This document shows, one piece after another, positions 32,247 to 43,842 of a DNA stretch of 64,000 nucleotides. Position numbers and translations under genes: made by a program. Source of the DNA: Yuukianura sp. NJ FZ-2021 (taxonomy: Eukaryota). The stretch is from positions 5,642,001 to 5,706,000 of the forward strand of contig CM102283.1 in the NCBI GenBank assembly GCA_046563655.1. The letters are read 5' to 3'. Under the pieces are notes generated by a model that worked only from the letters and a program-made list of their open reading frames with translations, searched no databases and was not told where the DNA came from. Within the stretch, counting starts at the first letter, position 1. Each line of letters begins with the position of its first letter.

Positions 32247-35200
32247 GCAGTAAAAATGGTATCTTGGAGTTGATGAGTTTTTTGTACTGTGTGATCTGTC
32301 AATTTTTTGTAAATGTCAGGTTCGTCCCCTGCTAGAGCGATTTTTTGATGTGAGAGTAATCCTGGATCAAGTTTCGGTGCTGTTTGTATTTTCCCCCTCC
32401 CAATTTTTTCTTTTAAATTGTTTTAAATTGGACAAAGGAGTTGGTGGATTTTGCTGTTTAGTTATTTGCGTAACTAGAGACGACTGTGTTTCCTGTAATT
32501 GGCGAACGGCTTCCTGTAATCTGAGAATTGTTAGTTCCGACCAGGATAGGAGTGAAGAAACTGTAGGGTTATCCGTGTTAGGTTGAGCCAAGTGTAGTTG
32601 TGATTTATCAATTTCAGTGGCCCAGGGATTACGTCGAATTGGAAGATGAGTGATTTCGGGGTCATTAGGCGGGGTCAAGATAGGAGTTAGTGATTCTTCT
32701 AATTCATCGCGTTCTCTGTGCGAGTTGAAATGCGCAACTGTAATTATACAAAAAAATCGCTAACCATACAAAACAATACATAATTAAAGTAGTTAACACA
32801 ACGAAAATCATTGTTGTCGTAATAGTACTTGTTTCCTTTTATTCCCAAAGCCAAATGCAGTGAAAAAATTAACACCTAATTCATCCATTACTAATAACGT
32901 CTTTTCCATAGAAGTAATTAAAAGTAATAATAAATTATAATAATACTAGTTTAATTAATATTGTGCGAATTGTAGTAATTTTTTAATGTTACAAGTACTA
33001 AAATAAAAATAATTAAAAGTTAATTCATACTTATCGGATGCCCATATGTGACGAGGGTGCCTGGCGTAGGGTGAGCACTAGAGGTACGGATCACTCTTGC
33101 TCACCTTTCTATTCGAAATTAAATTTAGTAGATGTTATGGTGACACCAACTTTCAGTGACGCTACCATGCCAATAGGTAATGCTTCTGGAGACACTGCGG
33201 AATTTGCAACTGAAGTTCTAACCACGGTTTCAACTAATCTTCCGCCTACGTTTTCAACCCCTCATTGGGCCACGGAGGCAAGCGTCACAAATGAGTCTCC
33301 GGAGTCAAAGATTCAGTTCCCACGGAAGACAACTCTGTCATGCTTGACACACCAACCGGTAGTTTGGGGAAGTTTTCATCGGTGGCCGTTTCTTCTGAAA
33401 CTAGAGGAGCAGGGTCGGTTGCTGCTGCAGACGTTGAAGCCATTGCTTTCTCAGATGCGATGCTTCCAGTTGTAGTGTTCAGAAAACCAGCAACGCCAGA
33501 GACCATAGTTTGACTAGTGGCTTCGGGAGTCGAAAAGAAACGAGCTGCGAACCCGACATTATTTAAATCCTCCCAAGCTAACTGAATCATAGTGCAAAAG
33601 CTTACCTGAAACCGACATTAGACGCAGTAAAATTGACGGCCTAAATATTCCGTTATTCATGCCTCTGATATCTTCCCGGAAGCTGGATTCGCAGCTAATC
33701 GGTGGTGGATCAATTTCGAAGATATTTGTGAAAGTTAAAACAGCCTTCATTGAATGTAGAATCGCCGAAAACGCATCAAGGGTGGTCTCGTCGTGGCAAA
33801 TTAGAACTTGACAAGTTGATGAAACTTCCTAAATACAAAGTTTTAGTTTTTCTTTTGCACTCATGCAAATTTCGGTCATACTGTCCACCAAGACAGTCAA
33901 CACCGAGGGTCCAGAAAGATGTATAGGTACTTATTTGCAAGTAATAATGAAATTAAATTGCACACTTACACTCAAAAACTTTTTGAATTCAAACGAGGTA
34001 CACATTTCCAGGCATCTTCCCATGTTAAGGACATGGCCTAACCTGGCCAGGGATGATGTTGTGATGCTTTGTAGACCGGCACACAATATTTATTTGCAAG
34101 TACTTCTTCTTGGAGCCGCTTAGCCGTCATGTGTAAACACATCCGGCAGGCAGCCCTTTCCTTTTATAGTCACGGCAATGTAGTATGTTGTTGACATATA
34201 GATGTTGACAGTAGTTGATTGCGGTTATTGAATAAAAACACCCCTGAGCCCTTTGCTCCTCCTTTTTCGGATTGCCGCTTTAGTCAATTTGGAAAGCTTA
34301 TGACAGTGAACCGAAACACCCAAATCGTTTGCCGTTGAACATAGTACAACGTTTACAATTTTAGAAAGTTGACAATCGCTGTGGTTTCTAAGAATCCTAA
34401 CTCTGGTTCTATCCAAAGTGCTTTTGCGAATGAATTTTTGTACGATTTCAAAATGGTCTTGATCAGAATCCATGTTTTTGCAGAAGCAGTTTTTCAAGAA
34501 TGAGGATTTTTTCATAAATGACGTTGAATTTATACGCAACTTTCAAAGTTGCCTTCAATGCAGAATTTATTTACGGTAAATCGACGCAATGGACAACTTT
34601 ATTCCTGATCCAGGAAATCCAGCAAGGCCATATATGGCGGGCATTTGGAAGTGATCTTGGCCAAAATGGCCAAGAGCATTTCCGTCGCTTTAGGAGCCAA
34701 TCTCATCTTTGGGCCAAAAAAATTTTCAAAAGAACTGTAGTATGACGGATTATTAATTTAAAATGTATAGTTGTCAAAATTCCATAAGGGCCGAATCCTG
34801 AGTCGACCACTGCCAAGATATGTAATGTCCTTTTGCCAAAAACCAAGTTGTCTGAACGATCAGGCATCCAGTCAGAATCCAACTCCCCTCCTGGTTTCAA
34901 ATATCCAACTCCAGTTTCGTTTCCTTGTTGAAATAGTTGTTAATTGTTGAGTGAAATAGTTTTCAGTCAATCAGATCGACTGCACAAACATCGACACTAA
35001 AATAGTTTTCGGTCACGAAGGTCGATTACAAAAGTATCAACGCTATCTTTTTCTTTGTTAGAAGAATGTTTTGGATCTCAGTGGATGGAGCTCAGGCCTC
35101 AATATCGTACCAATTTCCGACAAAAAGGTCCATTGTGAAAATGTAATAATGTCTAAAGCCACATATTCTCTGAAATATTGTAAATTGCAAAAACATAAAC

Positions 35201-35419
35201 AGTGAAAAACAATATTGTCTACCGTAAGAATGTGTACCGTAAAAAAGTTCAACTCTAAAAATGTCCATAGCAAAAGTGTCTATTTCATAAATGTAAATTG
35301 TAAAAATGTGCAATGCAGAAGTAATTACAATATTTTATACTGAAAATGTGTATTCTGTGAAAATGTCCACTTCAAACTGGGCTACGGTAGAATTATATAC
35401 CGTCACAACGTATTATGAT

Positions 35420-35800
35420 TTGGCCCGGATTTTATGTCTTGTCGGTTCGTGTTTGCGTGAAACCGAACCCGATACCGACACAACTTACTCAAAAACCAAA
35501 ACCTATCCGAACCACAATCTCAAAACCGTAATGCACATAACCCGAACCGGAAACGACACAAACCGATCTCATTATGGTTTCAGAACTGAAAGACGTAATT
35601 AATATTAGAGTTCGGCTCTGTTTCTGTTCGCACCGGAAACGACACGAACCGATTTCATTGCGGTTTCGGAACCGAAATGTTTTTTTGTTCCATTTTCCTT
35701 TCGCTTTCGTAACCTAAAGAAGTGGCCGAAACTTGAATTCGGCTCTGTTTCTGTTCACACCGGAAACTACACGATGCGAATCGGTCGTACCGTATTACAC
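35420..35800. repeat. Cluster of short GAAACCG/AACCG motifs with a ~39-bp direct repeat; probable DNA-transposon subterminal remnant
   Basis: ttcggctctgtttctgttc.caccggaaac.acacg occurs at ~35611 and ~35738. No clean TIR/TSD found. Confidence 0.45.
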
Positions 35801-36907
35801 ATGGTTGCGGATTGTCTCGTTTAGCCGCAAATTAACCGAATTTAGTGACCCGACGTTGAAAAAACACATTTTTCCGAAATGATATCAACAATCCAAAGTT
35901 CAATTTTTTCCAATCGTCGAATCATACATTAATTTGGAAATTTTAGGTCGTTGTGACTTAAGCTTTATAGTCTTTCGGATTTTTAGACTCGTCACACGCA
36001 TCTTTAGGTCCCTCAATGATCATTTCGAGAAACTTGGGTTTTTTAACTATTCGGAAGAGTGCCGATTTTCGCCTGTTTAGGCAATAATTGAGCTCTGTCA
36101 GTCATGGTAATGACTGACTTCAAAATTGTCCCCATGCTTTGGTTCCGATTCCCCTTAAAACAAATTTATCCACTGTACTTGTTCCTAACTTATTACTATT
36201 TTATACTTACTATTTTTAAAATTAACTTCACAGATTATCCTATCATTACAATTCTCCCATGACGAGGGAGGGGAAAAAGTAAACTGAATCTTGACCCATT
36301 TTGTTAGATATTGTAACAAAAAAAAAACGAAAAGAAAACAAAACTTTCATTTTTACGTTGGTGATTCATAATTGTGAATCTGAATTCATCCCCATCTATG
36401 TTGTATCAGACGGATTAAGTATTCTGTTAATTCGTAGTCTTCCTCCACCGTAGATGGCATCCCATTCCTTGTTCACGAACTCCGCTGTCTTAACCTCCAC
36501 CTTCCTTGAAATTATCTTTCTAAAACTCCCGTTCCTCCTTCCGTCCTCTCACTCCAATTTCCCGCCATGATCCCATTTCTCGGATCCTCTCTGTAATTAC
36601 AGTCGATCCCTTAATCGTGACTAATTCTCATATTTTACATTGAGTAGGCCATTGGGCAGATCGGGTAAAGTCGACTGTAACCTCATCACACTGTAGGCTC
36701 AATAATGCAGCGTGCTTACAATGCGTAAAACTAACCTATTTTTAGAAAATATGTTTTAAAATTCTACTGCAGGTGTGATAGTGATGTTAAATCAAAAAAT
36801 ACTTCTTTGACTTTTTCTATGAGGTTTTGATTAGGTAATTCTCCTAATAAATTTCCCGATTGCTTTCCCCCGATCTACCCCTTGATCTGACTTTACTAGA
36901 TTTGTTG

Positions 36908-37331
36908 TAGACTGGGCAACACCACCCCGTGTCGCTCCGTGTCCATTTCCTCATTTTGTGGACACGGTAAGGAACGTTCCGTGTCGTTCTGTTTCCGTGT
37001 TCCTGTGTAGACACAACGCTTAATGTAACGGAGCGAAACGAGACACGATCAAGTTATCAAAACTGACAAAAAAAATCTTTCTACGCGTGGAAATGGAGTT
37101 CCGTTTGAGTATGCCTGTTTTCCCTTGAATCATTTTCCCTACTGCTTAACTCTAAAGCGCCATAGAATGAAACCAAAGAAAATTTAGGTGTGTGTTTTGT
37201 TAAAAGGTGACTGCCAGCTAAATCATCTAAAGTTTTGTATTTGACAATTAAAATAGTAACATGAATTTCGTGTCCCGTGTCGTTTCCGTGTCTTGTGAGA
37301 CACGAAATGACACGGTACGGTGCCCAGCTTA
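36908..37331. mobile_element. hAT-type MITE with 8-bp target duplication
   Basis: Ends TAGACTGGGCA / TGCCCAGCTTA, with ATTTGTTG on both flanks (36900-36907, 37332-37339). Internal CCGTGTC/GACACG repeats. Confidence 0.85.
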
Positions 37332-37419
37332 ATTTGTTGTCTAGCATAACCTAACTATAATTATTTTCTATTTAAAGCTGAAATTGTTAAATTTCTTCTT
37401 ACCGTTTGATAAAATTTTG

Positions 37420-37519
37420 CAGTGCTTGGAGAAGTGGAAAGCACCAGGCATAAGCGTAGGGCTGGGAGTTCACATGCATTTCTCCAAGCACTAACCTAAC
37501 CTAATTTCTCCAAGCACTG
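37420..37519. mobile_element. 100-bp element with perfect 14-bp inverted ends and an internal CCTAA tract
   Basis: CAGTGCTTGGAGAA … TTCTCCAAGCACTG. No convincing TSD. Confidence 0.5.
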
Positions 37520-39917
37520 ACTTTTTCTCTCATACCAACTTCGAGTAAAACAAGGTAGGGCGATGCTCAAGGGTTGAGCATTGGTCTTCTGGAAGGAGTT
37601 GGCAATTGATACGGATTTTGACTGGCTGTCCGCAAACCGGTGCAAGAAAAACGTTAAGAAACCGTTTTCACGAGATTTATGGAACGAAACATCGCTCATA
37701 ATTTTCAGTGCAGATGTGGGGCATTCATGCGCACAATTGCAGCAAAATGTGAAAAAACCGTTTGCATAAAAATGTTGTGCAGCGTGAGCTCTGAACAGTC
37801 TTCATTCTCTTCAAAATTATTTTGAAGCACAATATTTTCACATCGAATTGTGCTCAAGTGTGCACAAGATTAGAATGCCCTTAGTAAATCTGTTCACGTA
37901 ATAAAAATGATGGTTACAAATCTAATGATGGTTACAAATCTAATGGTTACAAATCTAATTAAAATGATGGTTGGTTACAAATGATGAAGCGCAGATTGTG
38001 TTCAACATTTCAGTAACTAATGGCAACAAGTAAAAAATCAATGAAAATTTAGGTAAACAAACTGTCTTGCGTTTTTAGACGGACATTAAATCCACAAGTA
38101 TTCGGATGTAATCACCATGCTAAAAGATGTATGTGCAGTTGTTCTCCAGTATGCACAAATTTTGAATTAACAACGTGCATTACCCAGCGTCAGAACTGCG
38201 CAATTCGGCATTTATGTGCATCTTACTGATTAGTTTGCACAAAATGGAACGTTGAGGGGTCGGGGTCCAACATAGCTTTTTTAAATCAAAATTGGTTCAC
38301 GTAAATGCACAATTCAGCGTTTATGTATCCTTGGTGGTCATAAGTGCACTACATGCACAAAAATAAACGCTGGAGTGAGGGGTCGAATATCGCTTGTTGA
38401 AATCGAAATTATAAAAATTTCTAGTAAATGCAAATTTGACCCATGTTATGCACTATTCACATATTAAACATTTAAGCCGGATTTTCTACCCTCTGATCAG
38501 TCTCAATTTACCAACGTAAGTTAACATATTGTCACAAAATGAGCAGATCAAAACATCGTTGTTTAAAAATATTTTGAGTGCAATCGAAACCAAAACAGTT
38601 TCGCCAAGCCACGATACAGCGGGTACGTAAAGTAGCCGCCAACTTCTACGTTGTTAATTTAACACTTTGAGTGGAATGTAGACCTACTGAAAACACTTGA
38701 GGCAAACATAACCCCCCGAACAGAAGAGGGCTTATGTTTCAGTGCAAAAGTACTAAAAAGATGAACACACAGACAAAGTCGTATCAATAGTCTTCTTCAG
38801 CACGTCGTAGACGTGCGTCTCCAGAAGACTAAAATGAAAACACGAAAATTGGCTGCAGTAAAACGAAATTGCATCCGCTGTATCCTTCTGGTTTCGTTTG
38901 GACTTTAGTCTGTCAATTTGGTTACGTACGCTATTACTACGCTTTCGATTTGCCTCACGCCAAATCGAAAGCCTAGTAATACATGTTTAGAATGATTTTA
39001 AACCAAAATTTGAATAAATTCGGTTCCGCTTGCATTATTATGTCGTTCGGGAAAGGCTGACTGTGAAGCTGGCGGTGGGGGAAGCGCAATATTTTTTCGC
39101 AGTAACTGACTGTAAAAAGTGAGGGTTCAAGATATTGACGTTTTTCGAATCTGGCGTTACTGTAATGCAGTAGCCCATGTTTGTTGATAGAAATTTATTA
39201 TTACATTTCCTACTTGTAATTTCGTGCTTTTAATGGTATAAATTATGCTAGTTGACTGTGATTGGTAGCGAGACCTTAATGAGAAGGGTAATTTGAAACA
39301 AACTATGTAAGAATTCTTATGAAGTGAGAACACAAAATTTTTGTAAACCGAACAGCAAAATTTTTAATAATAAAAAATATCGATTTGCTACTAAAAATCT
39401 TTGATTCCAGAAACAGTTTCGATTTGCATCATTTGTTTATTGAACTTACAGTATAGTGAACTCCAGTGACGTATTTCAAAAACACAAGATGAATTTTTAC
39501 TCTCTTTCCATACCGTAAATAGACGTCACCGTCAGGGCTACAGTACCACAGTATCACTGTCAGCTTTAATTTTCTTTAATTTAATTTAATCTTTAATTTT
39601 CAACGTATTTTTCAGGTCCATCTTGCTGTTACAGACTTTGGACTTATTTTGGTGGGTGATGAAATTTTGAGAAATTGAAAAGTTACTAGATAAAGATAAT
39701 AGAGGTACTAGAGAAATGAAAGTTGACCTCGCTGGGTGACGATATGGCAAAGCCACCTCTGCGCCATAGAAATCTCGTAGTTCCCGAATCGCACATGACG
39801 AAATGTTCTGGGGCGACTGGAGATGTGTATGATCCAGAGGTGGCTTTTACCCTATTATCACCTAATATTACCAATTAATTCGACCTCGGTTGGATCTCAC
39901 AAAATTGCAGCCTAAAC

Positions 39918-41659
39918 CTACTTAATGTATTTTGGATTTTTTCGTTGCCTTCCTTTTTGATCTAGCACTCCTTGGATCATGCGCCCAATTTCAGGGTCAC
40001 CCTTTGACCAGAGCTGGATGAACCTTTGTTGAACTTGTTTCGAAGATCCGAGGACTAATCTGGCCAAATGCTGTGCACTTCTGCAGCGGTTCCCTTCGTC
40101 CATTTCCTCCCGCCAGTATTTTCCTACTTGTGAGTAGTTGTCATCTTCACTGGTACTCCAGCGATGAATAATTCCAGCGTCGATTTGGGTTTGACTGTCG
40201 TCGAAGTCGTGGTCAACATAGGGGCCATTGTATGAATTCGGGAAGTAGTTGGGTCCGCCATCACCATTTCCAAAGTATTTCATGAATCCATCTCTTTCAT
40301 AATTGTGAACGGGAACTTTTGGCTTGTTTACTGGCAATTGTTCAAAATTTGATCCTAGACGATACCGCGCTGCCACCTCGTACGCAAGAATTCGTCCTTG
40401 GAAGCTACGGTCTGGACCAATTTCGATACCCGGCACCAAGTTCCCTGGGTTGAAGGCCACTTGCTCCACGTCATTGAAATAGTTACCTAAAATTTCGAGA
40501 CAACGAGAAAAGAAAGTCGTTATAACGTTTTTAGGTAGCGTACAAAACATTTGGCAGTATAAAACGGTACATTATACGTCTGACCTGGATTTCGATTCAG
40601 AACCAATGTACCGATGTGTAGAAGTGGAAACTGTTTTACCGGTAAGTATTTTGTGCTACCGAACGGATTAAAATTCAAATTTTTAAGATCGGCTGCTTTA
40701 AAAATTTGAGCGTACAAGTCCCATCTTGGAAATCTTCTACGGGCAATAGCTCTGTAGAGGTCACGCGTCATATAGTCCGGGTCACTGCCAGCCAATACTC
40801 TATATTTCTCGTAAGTTAGCCATTTATATGGGAGTTTGGATACCGTTTGAAATCTAGCAAAGTATGTTTCACCACTACTTCCACCGGTAAGTTTAAATGT
40901 ATTCACACTAAACCCACCCATTACTCTATAATTTTTGGGACGTGCAAGGTCACTCACACCCATTAACTTGTTCAAAAGTCTGGCGGGTTCGGTGAAGAGC
41001 AAATCCAGGTCAGCGGCACCATAACCTAAATTAGTTTTTGGATTTCTCTGCGTAACTCTCTTCATTGTCGGAAAGAGGATTGGATCTCGTGTGTCAAATG
41101 CTGGAAAAGTGAGCAGGGTGAGGTCAAAGTTCCCTTCGTCCGTGTAAAACTTAATAGCAAATCCACGATTCTCAGCTATCGTATCAGCGGAACCAGACTC
41201 TCTCGTCTGAGTTGAAAACCGAACGACCGCTGGCGTTTTTGCACCGACTTTAGCGAACAGTTTGGCACGAGTGTACTTCCGTATGGCTGGATTTTTCGTG
41301 ACAAAGTACCCAAAGGCCCCCGCTCCTTTCGCATGAACTACTCGTTCTGGAATTTTTCGCTGGCAAAAGGATGTCATGTGATTGATGTAGTTTAGGTCTT
41401 GGAGTAGCAGTGGACCAGTTTTACCGATACCGAGTGTCGCTGTCAAACTCTGTTGCGGATTTCCGGAAGATGTTCTGGAGATGGGCGGATTTGGGTTTTC
41501 CTTGGCCCATTGGCTAAGCTGTTGAGCTTCCACGCCTCCTTTGAAGTCTGCCTTTACGCTTGGGCAGACCTCGCCAATTTTATGCGTAAAACATACCGGA
41601 AGTATTTGCATCAACACTGTAAAAACTATGCACTGAACGACACAATTTAGGTCGGTCAT
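39918..41659 (-). CDS. Catalase-family heme protein, 547 aa, two exons (41659-40585, 40486-39918), signal-peptide-like N-terminus
   Basis: KIPERVVHAKGAGAFGYF, VRFST, RGFAIKFYTDEGN, LNRNP|GNYFNDVEQVAFNPGNLVPGIE, QGRILAY, RYRLGSNFEQLPVN. Phase-1 GT-AG intron 40584-40487. Confidence 0.95.
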
Positions 41660-42920
41660 TTCAAATTGCCCGATGTGGTTAATGTCTGTGATTGAACGTC
41701 AGGAATCAATAAAGTCACGGCGCATGCGAACAGTAGAAGTAAAGTGAACACATGCAATATGCAATCAAACTTATAGGTTAGTGGCTTCATAGTTTCAATT
41801 TATAAAAATGCAATATAATGCTTAATTTTCGCAGCAGTTGGTTAGGTCGTCAACCTCGTTGCAGGTTGTATTTTGCTGCAGATATTAGATTAATAAATTA
41901 GAATGGAATTACACGGTGATTGCAATAATTGAGATTGTCTGTGATCTCCACACTGCCACCTCGCCGCCATTTATCGTCTACATTCAGTTTTACATTTCCA
42001 GGACATTCCTATTGTAACTTACAATAGCAATGCTCTGGAAATGTAAAAACCTTACAATTTGTAAGCAGTAGTACAAGTACTTTCTGCAGAAGACTGGTAT
42101 TTTTCTGTCACAAAAGTTTGTAGTTTTTCGTAGTGCTTAAACTTTAGATTAAGGAAGTAAAAGTGACAGATTTAATTTACAAATAAAGATGGTTACTTTG
42201 GTTGTAGCGCCATGATTTAATTTTCAGTTAATTTTAAATTCTTGAACTAAGGAATTTTAAATTGCAGACCTTTACTTTGACCTTTGACTCTTTCGTGTGA
42301 CAATACCTAAGTACCAATTGCATCGCTAAACCCACGCTTCGGAAGTTAAAATACAGGGACTCAGCCGTTTAGTCCGACCCATCAAAAAAACTTTTTTTTA
42401 AATAAACATCAGCTGGTTTTGCCTTGTAGGTTACCAAAAATAGTGAACAGCACATGCAGGGGTAACACCTAAAGATGCTGTCGGTGTCACTATCACGTTA
42501 AGTTTCTTCGTTTTTCAAAATCCGTGATTAATTTTTACGTAACCATAAGCAACAGCCGATGCCCTAGCTTTGTTTTAAATTCAACAAACGGAAAAACGAA
42601 ATTATTTGGACGTGACTGATGAATATTTTGGAAGTGTAATTGAATTACAGTAACAGCGCAGGCAGGGAGCATTGGCTCCTGCCCTTACCGATTGATTTGA
42701 TCTTCGACTGATTGTTTTTCAAAATGTTCTAAATTTGGCCCTTCCCTGGGCACGTCACACAAATAACCGGCTCATTTTGTCAGTCAATCGCTTTAGTACA
42801 CACTTCCGAACGGTTCGAAATTACACTGTGGAGAATTGTAACAATTGACAGGTAACCCGTTAGTACAGTACACTAAAAAGATAATTGTGATTTGACCTTC
42901 CGCCGTTTGATGTGTCTAGG

Positions 42921-43707
42921 ATGTCATCACTGAAGATGTTAGGACCTCCAGTCATTCTGGGTTCCATCGCACTTTTGAAACTACAAACAGCCTACGCGGA
43001 AGAATTACCCCGACCAGCTTGTCCGGCTCGTGCACCGAATCCTGCCGAAGTTTACCAAAAACCGCCGTAAGATTGAATTGAGTTTAACAAATTACATCAA
43101 CTTACATGAAAACGTGTAATTTAGAGACAAATGTGCCGAGAGAAAAGTTGATTCGACAGAACTCGAGCGATTCGTTAACATGTGTCGTCAGGAGGTGACA
43201 CCAATCAAGCTAGGCGTCAAAGACCTCATCGCCAAAACATCGTGTTTCATTCGTGACTCAACCTCGGTTGTCCGATGTATTTGAATCACAAATTAGTCTA
43301 CTGATGTTTTAGTTTTAAAGTTAAAAAAACTGAAGATTTCTGAAAGATTTTATTCTCTTCTGTTACAGCGAACATCGAGTATCTTCGTGGGGCTCCCCAA
43401 GAGGTTCAAGTTGGCGCCATCGTGGTGAGTGGACTTGCTGCCAGTTTGTTGGGCTTTCGTCGCCGCGGTTTGTTTCGTAAAGTTTGGTATGGAAGCTTGG
43501 GAGCACTTGGTGCCGCTGCGGTGATTTATCCAGAAGAGTCCAGCATTATCGCTAAGGAAGGATTCCAAGCAGCTAAATGTTATGGAACAGTCGCCTACAA
43601 CTTCATCCTCGGACGTAAGTTTTCGTGAAATCATTAGAGTCAATGACAGAAATTCAAAATTGTTAAATCCTTTTCCATCGTTGAAAGGCCTCTCTCCAGG
43701 CCGCTGA
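42921..43707 (+). CDS. MICOS subunit MIC26/MIC27 (apolipoprotein O family), about 4 exons
   Basis: Exons ~42921-43066, 43126-43277, 43369-43614 and ~43688-43707. GLAASLLGFRRRGLFRKVWYGSLGALGAAAVIYP is the ApoO-type TM-basic-TM motif. AATAAA at 43761. Confidence 0.75.
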
Positions 43708-43842
43708 GACTTCGAGGGAATGGATTCGTTAGTCAATTCACTGTACAAAGATTAAAATTCAATAAATTCTGGAAATGCATGTTAAATATTTGAGTTAAAA
43801 AATTATTTAGTTATCGATCCTTACCTCTAAATATGTTGGCTT

